Both the position numbers and the translations under genes were made by a program. A stretch of DNA of 57,076 bases, taken from positions 1-57,076 of the forward strand of contig JAHBMJ010000122.1 of NCBI GenBank assembly GCA_018398765.1. Reading direction: 5' to 3'. This DNA is from Chromera velia (Eukaryota). Shown here one piece after another: positions 1-17,125 of this stretch. Position 1 is the first letter of the stretch, and every line of letters begins with the position of its first letter. The notes under the pieces were generated by a model. It ran no database searches and was not told the origin of the DNA. It saw nothing but the letters and a program-made list of their open reading frames with translations.

Positions 1-450
1 AGAAAGGCAGAAGAAAGAAGACAGAGACACGATCAATCAGAAAGGCAGAAGAAAGAAGACAGAGACACGATCAATGAAAAAGGCAGAAGCAACAAGACAG
101 AAACACGATTAGAAAGGCAGAAGAAAGAAGACAGAGACACGATCAATGAAAAAGGCAGAAGCAACAAGACAGAAACACGATTAGAAAGGCAGAAGAAAGA
201 AGACAGAGACACGATCAATGAAAAAGGCAGAAGCAACAAGACAGAAACACGATTAGAAAGGCAGAAGAAAGAAGACAGAGACACGATCAGTCAAAAAGGC
301 AGAAGAAAGAAGGCAGAGACACGATCAATCAGAAAGGCAGAAGAAAGAAGACAGAGACACGATCAATGAAAAAGGAAGAAGCAACAAGACAGAAACACGA
401 TTAGAAAGGCAGAAGAAAGAAGACAGAGACACGATCAATCAAAAAGGCAG
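1..450. repeat. Intronic minisatellite: 72-bp higher-order unit built from two related ~38-bp and ~34-bp monomers
   Basis: AGAAAGGCAGAAGAAAGAAGACAGAGACACGATCAAT alternates with AAAAAGGCAGAAGCAACAAGACAGAAACACGATT. The minus-strand ORF repeats every 24 aa. Confidence 0.9.
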
Positions 451-486
451 CAGAAAGAAAACAGACACACAGACAGACGGACAGAC

Positions 487-4223
<3,737 letters not shown>

Positions 4224-6023
4224 ATGGCGTTGTTCTTTCTGCCCTACCCCATCTTCGCCGTAAGTCCACTCCCGCCTCTCCCCTCCGACACCCTCGTAGT
4301 GGTCTTTACCCTCCCTATACTCTCTCTCCTGTGTATCCATGCAGATTGGCACTGATCCGGATAAAGGTCTGGTTCTGACAGCCGGTGGCGGGGGCGGCAA
4401 GGAATATGGAATTGAGAATCAAGTGGTCAGTCTGCCACTTGTGCCATGCAGTACTTTTATCAACAAGGAGTCCAACCGTTGTTGACCTATCCCTCCGTCC
4501 TTGTCTTTCTGACTGCTTGCAGCAAGTCCACCAAGTTCGAGTGGATTGCTGCAATGAAGGCCGACCATTCTTGAACACTCTCGCGTCCTCCATCACTTTG
4601 AGAGGGCTGCCCACATCTTTGCATTATTCGCCCAAGGTACGTAAGGGAGGGAAGAGGGTGCTCAGCAAGTGGACGTCAACCACACAATTGGCCTCCCGAC
4701 ATACACTTTGTGTCCATGCGTGCAGAGTGACCTCTGGGTGTCGTCTGTACGCTCGAGCGTGGAATTTTTTCGCATTTCGAAAGACGGAAGGTCAGCGTCG
4801 TTTGCCCACACTTTTCGGTTTCCAGTTTGATACTCCGAGTTCGTGCCACTGAGGGCGTTGAGCTGCGCAGTTTCCGGCGAATGTCTTCGAGAGAAGGGAA
4901 GACATATGGGGAAAAGCAACAATTGGCTGCTCCGGAAAAATTTCAGCCCTCATCCGGCTCCTTATCGGTGCCTCTCCCTTCTCTGGATTGTATTTCTCTG
5001 TCTGCAGACATATAGATTGGCGTGCCGGCTGTCGGACTGACTGGGCCGCTCGCGAGCCTGTGCAGGTGGGTGCATGAAGCTCTCTACTTTCCATGTGTCT
5101 GGCACATGGAATTGTTGCGTTTATTTCCCTATCCGACCGATCCAAAGCCGCTTTCAGATTTTAGGATTGAACGAAGGCTGTTACAACATCCATGCGGTCC
5201 AACCGGAGGACAGTAAAAGAGAAGGACAGGGGTTTTCTCGAAAGAGAAGGGGAAGCGACAATGCAGAGGAAGGGGCACTCTCTTGCCCCGGCTCCAGAAG
5301 GTTTCCGCCTTGCCTTTGAGCATTCGTGTCTCCTGTGTCTCTTTCTTTAACCTTCTGGTATCTGTCTATCTGTCTGTTCGAAATATCCGAATGCATGCAG
5401 AATGTCGCGAAGTGGTCCCCGACTGGAGAGCACGTTTTGGTTGCTGGAAAAGAAGGAGTACCTCGGTGGGTCTTGCCGGGGCCCTGTTTGGTTGGGAAGG
5501 GAAGGGAACAGGCAGAGAGACGGGTAGACTGACTGATTGAGTGTCTCTTCCTTTTGTCTCGCTCTCAGACCCCTGCACTATCTTGTCTTTCCATTTCCTT
5601 GCGCTGTCTCTACACTTGTTCACTGACTTTTTCTTCGCCTCTGCTTTCTCATTTCCGTCCCCCCCACTTCGTTCTTTGGCTCTGCGTCAACATCTTCTGT
5701 ACTCTCTCTCTGTACTTGCCTCTCTGCCTTCTGTCTGTCTGTCCGTCTGTTTGTCTGTGTGGTTGTCGACATACAGAATTTTGTACCTCCACCTCGAGGA
5801 GATTGGCATGCTCAACTACGGCCAACAGCCCCGAGAGCTGTTCCCGGATGTGGAGCCGACCCGACCCCCTAGCCCTATCCAGCCCTTGGTCAGTTGAAGC
5901 AGGCAGGCAGTCTTTCTAGAAAGTCGGCCTCAATAGGGTGTAGACGTGGTCTTGCTTATACCAACAAGGCCCTTCAGCCTGACACGGACACTTGTCAGAT
6001 CACACACGCGCGCGCGTACACAC

Positions 6024-6054
<31 letters not shown>

Positions 6055-6385
6055 CAAGGAAGAAAGAAAGAAAGAAAGATGTTCTCCGGCCTGCCTCTTC
6101 CTCTCGATCGCCTTCTGTGCCTTCTTTGCGTGACTCCTCTGCTTTCTTCCTTTCTCTGCTTTTCCGCTCACGCTCACCAAGTTTTGGGGCGTCTTTCTGC
6201 CCGGCTCTCTCTCCCCGTCTTTGTGGCGCGTGCAGGTAGAGAGACAGACAGACAGTGGAGGATTTCGAACAAACGATGAGGATGATGCTTGGTAGGTCAG
6301 GGTTTTCCCTCTTTTCTTATCTGTTCTGTTCCGTTTTCTTTTTGATCCATCTCTCTCACTTTCGCATCTTGAGCTTCTCAATCAC

Positions 6386-6426
<41 letters not shown>

Positions 6427-9400
6427 GGCGCGCGCGGCCTGCCTCCCTTTCAGTGCGTCTGTCCCCCTCTCTATCCTCGCCTTCCCTTCTCTTCCTTTGT
6501 CCGTCGCCCCTTCCATTCGCTGCCTCTCCGTGTTCCATCGTGACAGTTTGCTTCGACGTGACCACCCCTTCCCCCCCTCCCCCCTTTTTTTCCCCTTTGT
6601 GCAGGACGGGCGTTGCAGGTCTAATTAATTTGGTTTCAGAGCTGGAGAGACCAGACGCGGTGAAGAGGGAGGTCTCCGATGGGGATTGGGCACCTGATGG
6701 GATCTTGGTCGGTAACCTTTTGCTTTTTTGTTTTTTCTCTCAATTTGTGTGCTGCTCGTGTCTGTTAGTTTTCTCTTCTTTTTTCTCCTTTCCCCTTCCA
6801 TTTCTTTCTCGTCCCTTCTTGTTTCTGCATCCACCAATCAATCAGTCTGGCCGCTGTCTTTCCTGTCCAGTTGTTCGTTCGTTCTTCGCCCTCCTCCATC
6901 CTCGATTGTGACCTCAGCGACATGCCATTTTGAGTCGCTCTCTGTTCCCATCCTTTGCATTCACATTCTCGTCAAGATCTTCTGGTCATTCGGTTTCTCT
7001 CGGGAGTTTGCACAAAGAGAGGGGCTCAATCTGCATGACGATTTGACGGTCTCTGTCCCTCCCTCTTTGTGCGTGTTTGCAGTGTTGTACTGTGCATGCC
7101 GACAACCGTTGTATTATCTGGAATCCGTACAGTGGGGCCCAGGTTGCAGTACTGGTCAGTCGAATGAATACGTCCCCCTGCCTTTTCCCTTTTAGAAAGG
7201 GTTCGGTGACCTCGGCCTCTCCGTCTCTGACAGTCCATCTGAATCTCAATCCGCCATTGACTTGTTTGATCTCTCCGTGCGTGCCCATGTATGTCTCCGC
7301 TCTTTCCTCGCACATATCAAGTTGGACCCAGCATGATGAGAGCAGAAGGGCCCGGAAAGCCGCGAAGGAACCTCCGATTTCTCTTGTCTGTGTCGCGTCT
7401 CTTGACATTTGACTGCCTTCTCTTCTCCTTTCTCCTTTCCATCATTCACATCCCTTTTAGCCTTCTTCCTTCCTTCGTTCAGGACCGGGTGAACCCCCGG
7501 ACGCGCCAGCTGATGACAATCAAGGCAGTCCGCTTCCTTCCCGACAAGGGGGTGCCTGGTGTGTACGAGCTTGTGTCTCTGGAGTCTCAGCACAGAGGGT
7601 CGTCCTATTTGACCAGATGGTCGGTCGGTCGGGCATGGGTTTTGTATGAATATGGATGCAGTAGAGCTGTTTGCACTTCGTTCGTTCACTCTCGTGTGTT
7701 CCCTTCGGGTTCTTTTTCTTGTGCGCTCAGTGAGTGCATCTGCGCATCCGTTGGAGTGCAGGTGTAAAGAATCCTTCCTTCACTCATTTGCGCTGAACCC
7801 CACTCTTCTGCGTGCCTCCCTGCAGGCGTTTGATCTGCCCCGAGGACCCTGAGGAGGAATGGGTTCTGGAGAGACTCAAGTCTCGGAAGGTGCACTCCCT
7901 CCCTTCGGCGTCTCTGGCTGTCAAGTCCGTCTACCTTTTTCCTACTGGATTGCTGTCTGTCTCTCATTCTGGCTGGTCGAGGACAATGGGTGTGCATGGA
8001 TGGATGAAATCTTTGTTGATGTGTGCATGGGTAGAAAGAAGGCCACGGCTCTGATACTCCTCTGTGCATACTTGACATAAGGGATGAATAGGTAGGAGGA
8101 GCGGGTCTTTCCACGTTCTCGAGTCAAGAGAAAAGCAAGGGGGGAGAATTGAAGGAGGGGGGGGAGGGAGCCGATGATTTCATTCAGGACGGAGAATTTT
8201 GTAATTTCTTTCGAGAAGTGACATCAGGGGAAAAGAAGGGAGCAAACACGAAATGGACAGGGACAAATCATGCTTACTGACGCAACAAACACGGAACGTT
8301 CTCTGATTTGCCCCTCTCCCCCTCCTCCCTCTCTGTGGATCTATCTGCGCAGTCAATGCGGAACGATGGCAGCCGTCGGGTTTGGAGACGGGTCCGTGAA
8401 GGCCGTGCGGTTGCCGAGATGCCCCACGGATAGAATGCACGTGATGACTCGGCACAGAAGACACGAACTTCCAGCTTTGGGCGTAGAGTTTATCGAGTCA
8501 GTCAGTCAGCCAGTGACTCAGAGGGGGGGGTTTCAGTGAGACAGCCAGACGGGTGCGTGTGATTTTGTTTGTGCTGATCGGATCTTTCCTCCCCTCTCTT
8601 TCTCATGCATGGCTTCCTGCCTTCCTGTCTCTTTCAGTTTTTGTTCTCTCTGTTCTTTCTGCACCGCCTTTTCTTTTCAGTCTTGAGCTTCGGTGTGCGT
8701 TGCCTCTTTTGTTTTCTCGTGTTTCTTTTTGCCCTCCCTCGCCTCATTGTGCTGTGCTCTCCCCGCTGCTGTCTCTCGTCTTTTTTCGTTTTTGTTTGCA
8801 GAGAAGACGTTTTTGTTTCAGCCTCCGCTGATTATTCTGTTGTGGTGAGTCGAGAGGGGACACACACACACACACCAATACACACACACACAAACATGCA
8901 GGGAGAGACAGAGACCTGGAGAGAGAGACACTGGGTGCCTCCACAATTCCATTTCCTTTTTCGTTTTTTGTTTTTCTGCTTTCAGCGAAGGCCAAAGAAG
9001 ACAGACAGCTGCTCGTGCATCTCTCTAACGATATTGGTTGGAAGGAATCGAACACACCCTTTGCCCTTGTGCTTTGGTCCAACTGTGCGCATTTGTATTC
9101 CCTGCTGTTCTCTCTCCGCCTTTGTTCGTTTGGTTGCGTGCAGGTGACACCAATCAAGAAGAGCGGTTCGAGAGCGAGTCAGTCATTCATTCAGTCACCA
9201 TGTAGGTCTTTGTCGGCTTCTTCGGAATGGAAATGGGGGGTCGATTCAAAGGAGAAGGAAAAGAAGAAAAAAAAGAATTGCTTCTGTCAGGAGGACCAGA
9301 TCCGTCATCACTGCTGCGTGATCTTCTGGAAGGGCCCGACTTGTTTTGTGTTCTTGACGAGCTAGATAGAGAAGGCTTCTCTGATACCTGAAATCGATGT

Positions 9401-9537
9401 GCTTTTCTCCTCGTGCTGTTGCGTCTTATTCCGCCCTCGTCTTCTCTTCCTTCGTGCGGAGAAGACTAAAACATTTCAGCGCGAGCTGAGAGGGATTTCA
9501 CCTTTTCAGTTACAACTTTGCACCTTGGAGAAACGTC

Positions 9538-9574
<37 letters not shown>

Positions 9575-12500
9575 AGCTTTGCGAAGTTTTCTGGGTGTTT
9601 CCCTGTGGTTCGCTATCTTCATGGCTTTCTGCATTCTTTTGAACGTTGTACCAGTCGGGAGGGAGTATGTGGAGTCCAGAATTGACACCCTCAAGTCATC
9701 TCTCCAAGCTGCAAAGAGGGGGGACGGGGAGGGTGGGACAGGGACAGCAGACCCCTGGGGCTTCCGATCCGATCCCTCTCCTTCCTCTGCCAGCACGGAC
9801 CCGTCGTACTTTTCTGACCTTGATACAGATGCACCGTCAGTGCCATCACAGCACACCCCTCCAGGTGATTCCCCCCCCTCCTCATGGGGCGACACGGGGG
9901 AACCGTCAGTCCCTGTTCCCCCTTCCCCTTACTCTGATGACTTTGCTGATTCCGTTGCGGACCCACTGATTGACCTGGAAGAAGCACCTCCAGTGCAAGA
10001 ACAGGACTGGGCCCCCAGTGACCCCCCCTCACCGTGGACCCACATTGAACCGTCAGACCCCGATCCCTTCCCCCCCTACGACTCTTTTGTAGACCCTCTG
10101 ATCGACACCGAAGTGCCGTCAGTAGAAGCACACGACATCCCCCCAAGTGACCCCATCCACCCCTGGCAGGGTCACACCGAACCGTCAGTCCATGCCCCCC
10201 CCCCTCCAGTCGGCCTCTTCGACTCACTCCAACAGCACCCCCCGAGCGTGCCAGGTGATGTCAAGCCTTGGGATCAGGGAGCGATGGGGGCTCCAAGCGG
10301 GACCCCACCAGCAGAAGCAGCAGCAAACCCCATGAGGCTGAAGCGGCATAAGCAGACGCACACAAAGACGGCCGGAGAAGTAGACGTTCAGACAGGGGTT
10401 CCGACAGAGAAGCCGGCAGAGACTGTGGTGGATACTCAAGCAGTGCCTCCAGTTGACGTACAAAGAGGGACACCGGCAGGCGAGCAGGTACCAATCCCGG
10501 CAGACACGCAGACGGGTACAGAAACAGGCGATGAGTCAGGCATGCAGACAGACATCCAGGTAGACGCTCAGCCAGACGCCGAGACCGACCAAAAGATAGA
10601 GACCCAGACAGACACGCAGATAGAGAATCAGCCAGACGTTGAGACAGACCAAAAGGCAGAAACCCAGACAGACACGGAGATAGACAATCAGCCAGTCGTA
10701 GAGACAGACCAAAATGTAGAACCACAAACAGACACGCAGATAGACAATCAGCCAGACATTGAGACAGACCAAAAGATAGAAACCCAGACAGACACGCAGA
10801 TAGAGAATCAGCCAGACGTTGAGATAGACCAAAAGGCAGAAATCCAGACAGACACGCAGATAGACAATCAGCCAGACGCCGAGACAGACCAAAAGACAGA
10901 GACCCAGAAAGACACGCAGGTAGAGAATCAGCCAGACGTTGAGATAGACCAAAAGGCAGAAATCCAGACAGACGACACGGAGATAGACAATCAGCCAGAC
11001 GCCGAGACAGACCAAAAGGTAGAAACCCAGACAGACACGCAGATAGACAATCAGCCAGACGCCGAGACAGACCAAAAGATAGAAACCCAGACAGAAACGG
11101 AGACAGACAATCAGCCAGACGTAGAGACAGACCAAACAACAGCAATGCAGACAGGGGATGAGGCAGATACGCAAGCAGACGCACAAACAGACATTCACAG
11201 AGACACGCCAGCAGACACTCAATCAGCATTCCATACAGAGACAGCCGCACAGACAGACACCCCGACACTTGAAGAGACAGACATGAACTCTGCAAATCAG
11301 GAGACGCTCACCCCTGATGCCCCAATTGACCCGTTGGAAGAAGACCAGAGAGGCACAGGAGAAGGTGAGGAGACGGCCACAGAGGTCGAAGCAGACACAC
11401 CAAGAGAATTGGAGGTAGATGCCCAAACAGACAGTCACCCAGACACACCTACAGACAGCCAGGCAGAAGCACCTACAGAAGGTGCAGACAGCCCCGTAGA
11501 AGAAGAGACAGACGCTCAAACTCAGGAGCCTGTAGAGCAGCAGACAGCCACTCCCCCAGTCATACCAACCGACACACACACGGACGTCCAGACAGACACA
11601 CAAACAGACACGGTCCAGGCAGACGCAATCACACACGAAGCAGAAACGCCAGCAGACACCCAAATAGATCCACCCGCAGAGCAACCAGACTCTCCAGTAG
11701 AAGAAGAGACGGACGCTCAAACTGATGAGCCTGTAGGACAGGCAGACATACCTACAGACATTCAGACAGATGCACCCCCTGAACAAGCAGACATCCAGAC
11801 AGATGCACCCCCTGAACAAGCAGACATCCAGACAGATGCACCCCCTGAACAAGCAGTCATTCAGACAGACACACCCCCTGAACAAGCAGACATTCAGACA
11901 GACATACCCCCTGAACAAGTAGACATCCAGACAGATGCACCCCCTGAAGAAGCAGACATCCAGACAGACACACCCCTTGCACAAGCAGACATCCAGACAG
12001 ACACACCCCCAGACATCCCATCAGAAACTCCGGCGGACGTCCATACAGACACCCCCACAGACATCCAGATAGACGCACCCCCCGACATCCAGACAGACGT
12101 GCCCACAGACGAGAAGAAATCCGGTGAAGGACAAGCAGACACGCCGGCAGAAGAGCAGACAGAACCCCAACATTCTGACGCCTCTCCAACCCCACAGGAA
12201 GAAGGTCAGACAGAGGCCCCAACTGACCATCAAGAGAAGGACTTGGAGCCTCCGGCAGATTTGGAGACGGAGACAGACTTAAATGCTGGCACAGAGAAAC
12301 TGTTGGGCACACACGTACATCCGGACCCACCCACCACCTCTCCCCCTTCCCCTCCATCAGAAGATGCGACGGATGTTGAGACGAACATCCCGGAGGAGAC
12401 GGAGGGAGACACTCAAGCAAGCACACAGCCACACACAGAGACAGACACCAAACCACAGACAGACACGCCGGCAGATCCACACACAACCACTGACACGCAC

Positions 12501-13526
12501 ACACAGCCAGATTCACCAACAGACCCCCAGACACACGAGGAGACAGGCCTCTCGACACACACGACAGCAGACACAGAGTCGCAGGACGATCCACAGGCAG
12601 ACACGCAGACAGAACCAGAGACAGGCACACACACACACCCTGACATAGAGGTGGAACCACGGGCAGACAGCCAGCCAGACGCCGAGGCCGACCAAAAAAT
12701 AGAAATCCAGACAGACACGCAGATAGATGATCAGCCAGACGCCGAGACAGACCAAAAGGTAGAAATCCAGACAGACACGCAGATAGACAATCAGCCAGAC
12801 GCCGAGACAGACCAAAAGATAGAAGCACAGACAGACACGCAGATAGATGATCAGCCAGACGCCGAGACAGACCAAAAGGTAGAAATCCAGACAGACGCCG
12901 AGACAGACCAAAAGGTAGAACCACAGACAGACACGCAGATAGACAATCAGCCAGACGCCGAGACAGACCAAAAGGTAGAAACCCAGACAGACACGAAGAC
13001 AGACAATCAGCCAGACGTAGAGACAGACCAAAAGGTAGAAACCCAGACAGACACACAGATAGACAATCAGCCAGACGCCGAGACAGACCAAAAGGTAGAA
13101 GCACAGACAGACACGCAGACAGACAGTCAGCCCGACGTTGAGACAGACCAAAAGATAGAAACGCAGTCAGACAGTCAGCCGGACTTGCCGTCAGGCGACA
13201 AGACAGAAATGCAAGCAGACACGCAGACAGAGGAAAAGGTGGAAGCTCAGAGGGAGATCGAGCCAAGCATGCAGGCAGCCAGTGAGCCACACGTCGTCAC
13301 AACACAGACGACAGACCCCAAAGAGGAGCAAACAGATCCTGAGGCGGACACGCAAGCGGGTGGTGCACCCACATTGATAGCATCACTGGGAGGGGGTCAG
13401 CCCAGTGCACCAGCTGGCTCACAGGACAATGTGCCAGTCGCTGCTCCGGCAAGAAGGCAAAAGGCTGACGCAGGGGCACCCGCAAGTCGGAGGGGCAAAA
13501 AGAGGGGGCCACGGCTAAAGAAATGA
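4224..13526 (+). CDS. SEC12: Sec12/PREB (Sed4-like) WD40 Sar1 guanine-nucleotide exchange factor with TM helix and very long acidic tail, about 1722 aa. Exons 4224-4259, 4345-4425, 4523-4636, 4726-4790, 5008-5065, 5401-5465, 5777-5888, 6236-6291, 6605-6707, 7083-7154, 7483-7619, 7826-7924, 8353-8496, 8802-8844, 9144-9177, 9577-13526
   Basis: The spliced N-terminus MALFFLPYPIFA-IGTDPDKGLVLTAGGGGGKEYGIENQV contains the Sec12/PREB K-loop (GGGGxxxxGIxN). WD40-like blades are present (VAKWSPTGEHVLVAG, AAVGFGDGSV, HELPALGVEF..VSASADYSVV), followed by the hydrophobic segment FLGVSLWFAIFMAFCILLNVV. All 15 GT-AG introns are phase-compatible. Confidence 0.85.
10545..13170 (+). repeat. Coding tandem repeats in the Sec12-like tail: 60-bp (20-aa) arrays at ~10545-11135 and ~12665-13170, and a 33-bp (11-aa) array at ~11760-12010
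   Basis: Units TQTDTQIDNQPDAETDQKxE and IQTDAPPEQAD are repeated in the 1375-aa ORF. Confidence 0.92.
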
Positions 13527-13878
13527 GCCGACATCTCGAATTCGGTCACGGCATCACAACTTTATAGCTGGTCGAATTAATTGTACTGCCGCTGCAGCCA
13601 CATAGAGTTCTGTACAGGCACTATTTAAACAATGGTATACAATAAGATTACTAACAGAACTTGAAGTCCAGACATAAGAACCATGATAAGGTCTTAAGAT
13701 TAGTTCTAGGATTAGTTTTTACAGGATGACATTGTGTTAAAAGCTTAGTACTGCGTTTTATATAGATGTACTGCATGCTACTAGACTAAGAGTACATATG
13801 GGAAAAGCCTGGACAAGAGCCTCTCAGCGGCTACTATGCATGTTACTTCAGACTTACTTGCGTACAACTTGAATTACT

Positions 13879-15056
13879 TTGTTTAAGGCCCTCTGGCTGC
13901 CAGTCGCGCTGTATGGACTGGAAACGATCCCGCTGAGAAAGACAGATGTTGCCTGCCTCGATGCATTACAGTTACGTTTTGTTCGATATTGTTTTGGTCT
14001 CTCCCATCACTCCTTTGTTTCACCTTCCCTTCTCTCTCTCTCTCTCGAGCCATTCAGTTCTCTACTTGGTAAGTTGAGTGGGGGCTTCATCCAATGTATT
14101 AAATTGATCGACCGTGCTCTACCCCGGGCAGTGTGGAATGAGTGCTTGGCTAGCTCATGTGAACCCTTCGTTAAGACAGTAAAATGGCTGGCCGTTCCAT
14201 TAGATTGCTCCCTTTTCTAGCCTCCATTGCCAAGCACGGTGGGGGACAAGTTTAAAGGGAAGGGCAAGGGCAGAAGGAAAAGGGCGGTAAAAAAGATCGT
14301 AGAGGGTGCCTGGCTGTCCGACGGGTTGAAAGAAGAAACTAGAAACATTAGAGACAGAGACAGAATTTTTCTCCACCTTACGAATCTCTCCCCTTTCCAA
14401 TCAGAGAATCTGTCTAGACAGCGTTTGGCCATGCACCTTCTGAGTGAAAGGAAATGGCATCCGAGAAGTGAAATGTTAGAGTGCAGTGTTGAACCTCTGC
14501 CAAAGAGTCTGTTGCAGTCCTCCGCAGGCTTCCGTACGCTTTTCAGGGCTCTCACAGGGGGGGATATAGATAGAACCGAACCGGAACGGCTGTGCGATAA
14601 ATGTTTGTCCCCCTCACGTGTGATCAAAGATGAGGTTCATGTTCTGACGGAATGTAAGGACACAGAAAGGGAACGGAACAGGCTGAAAGAACTGTACGAA
14701 ATTGCGAAGCAGAAAGCACCCATTGACATAAGAATACAGATCGCACAACGCGTTGCAGGTGTAACTGGGAGGGGCACTTCTGATAATGAGAAAAAAAATG
14801 AAGGATATGGTGTTGCTGTTGTGCACAATTCTGCCTAGAAGCGGTTCTAAAGCTATAGCTGACTGTCTCAAAAAGGTCCATTCTGTCGATAAGGCAAGTT
14901 GAGGCGAATCGATCCGATTGGCATGCAGGCTTCCTCATCCCCCCCCCCCCATGAATGTGTGCTCTGGGTTGTCCTCAAAGCCTTGCTAGTGGCTTGGGAT
15001 TTGGCGTCGTTAAATCTAGGATTTAACCCTCAATCATCATCATCATCATCATCATA
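13879..15056 (+). mobile_element. 5'-truncated non-LTR retrotransposon (LINE) relic: post-RT C-terminal region, 3' UTR and (CAT)n tail
   Basis: FKALWLPVALYGLET..L..LQLRFVR is a typical LINE ORF2 post-RT segment. CDKC..DEVHVLTEC is a CCHC-type knuckle. One in-frame TAG at 14218-14220 separates two ORFs in the same frame. The element ends in a hairpin plus (ATC)n. Confidence 0.75.
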
Positions 15057-15497
15057 GTAAGTATAATTATTATATTGGGTATGGTTAAAATTCAAAGTTA
15101 TTCAAGTTTTGGTGGAATTCGAAATATTGATTACAGGATTACATTGTGTTCAGGGCTGGAGCCCTCTAGGGAGCCCTAAACCTGCATGCCAATTATCTCA
15201 CGTCCGCCTTGCACCATACATTCATGCATGTTACTCCACATCATGCACGCATACATGCAACAACACATCCCATCACGACACATGCATTTCTTGCCTAGCT
15301 TGCACTTTAAAACCATTGCAACTGCCGACAAACATGAATACATTTGAATCACAATCCCGGGAACAGATGAGATTATGCTTAATTTTCTCTAATCAGCGAA
15401 GTGTGAGTGAAAGACAGAGTAACACACGGCAGGGGTAGAGCAGTAGTATATATCCTCCATTACTTTTGCAGCTTTATGCCTATATGCAGAGCCTATG

Positions 15498-15540
15498 TAG
15501 GATTTAACCCTCTGAGTCAATCATCATTATCATCATCATC
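15498..15540 (+). mobile_element. Second short 3'-end remnant of the same LINE family
   Basis: TAGGATTTAACCCTC..CAATCATCATTATCATCATCATC matches the terminus at 15017-15056. Confidence 0.55.
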
Positions 15541-17125
15541 TCTGTTGCTCTTAATTTTTATCTGATGAAGCATACCGATCAGATCTTTTACCTTAGAACG
15601 CGGCTCTCTGTTTCCTTTCCCCTTCTCTTCTTTGTCGTAGACTTCTGTGAGCTGTTCTTAGAGCTGTTCGGTAGTCATATCTTGAAAAGCAGCCTGAAGT
15701 TCCTCTTGGCATCTCCCCCACACTCTTCAATTCAAAAAGTTCGCCTCATCAAGATTCATTCATGAAGATTGATCCTATTTCATCCTAATATGATCATATC
15801 CTATATACAATTAGGATTTATACTCCCTGTTTGCCCGCCTTTCAATACTGCACGTTCACTTGTACTGTTTTAGACTTATATTTTTATGTAAATTTTACTT
15901 TAAACCATAAAAAGTAATTTAATCTAATTATGTTACAATTCAGTTAAACTTAATCTTACTTAGTCTAGAATTTAGTGGAACTTAGTGATATAAAAGTACA
16001 GTAAAACTACCAGACAGTTAGACCAGACGTATAGTCAACAATTATTTCAAACTTGTCTTACCATTTATCATGATTCGACAATAGTAAACCCCTAGATAAA
16101 CCTGGAACATCAATGCTATATGGACTTCCAGATGACGGTCGACTTCCAGACGATGATCTTGAGCTGTTGGCCTTGGGCATCAGTCACAACTGCCTGAATA
16201 TTGCAAGCAACAGGCTGTATGTGAGGTTGGTTGGACAAGTTAATTAGAACAGAAACAGAGAGAAAATCCTTTTAAATAACAATTTTAAAAATTGTGAATG
16301 ATTGTGGGGATAGCATTCTGTTTCTTGAAGAAGGTTCCGTTTCTCAGTCGTGGCAAGTTCATATCGAATTCTCTTCAGTTGCTCAAGCGTTGTACACAAA
16401 GGCGGCGCTGCTTCATATGTTTGAGGAGAGAGGAGAAGAAGAGGAAAACGGAATTAGGGTAGCGCGGTCATGACTAGGGTTATGATTCCAAGTGGTAATT
16501 AGTTGTGTTTTATGGTTTTCCAGCCTTTTATTTTTCTTTTTGCAACGCGATTCACTTCAATTTGCTTCGCAGTTAAGTACGCAAGCTAATTCTTCAAGTT
16601 CCATCTTTTCTCTTCAGCAATCGCTTCAATTTCCCATTCAGTGGCATTCACTGACCAAATCTGAGTCCGTCTAAGTCTTGTTCAGTCTACAGTCTCTTCT
16701 TAGAGCTAGAAAATCGACAAGACTCGGATTTGCATGCATGGACTGCTAGGAGCTAGGCTCCACCGGCCTAGCCGCCGGCTTAGTCAACTCATTCATTCAT
16801 TCATTCATTCATAATGCTATGCAATATATGATAGCTATAAAACTGCATCCTGGACTGCAGCATATGTAGTCTTTTTTTTTTCAATTAACTTGAATTAAGT
16901 TAAAATTATACCGTAATTTTATATCAGCGCTAGTAGGAGCGTCAGCTTAAGCTCCGCCAACTAGTCCGCCAATATCCGCCAACAATTCTATTAAGGTTTC
17001 ATTCTGAAAACCCCGCTATATCCTCTGTTCAGACCGTTTTTCGTCCAGTTTTTCGTACTGAAGCAAGTAAATCTGAAGATCCACGCGCGCGGTTTTTGGA
17101 CGCAGTGTATTGCACACGGGCTTTT

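Noticed and set aside
5777..5888. NYGQQPRELF resembling the end of a BEACH domain
   Set aside because: No other BEACH motifs are present, and the exon splices in frame within the Sec12-like propeller.
10261..13290. Long minus-strand Cys/Leu-rich ORFs
   Set aside because: They are antisense shadows of the repetitive plus-strand coding exon.
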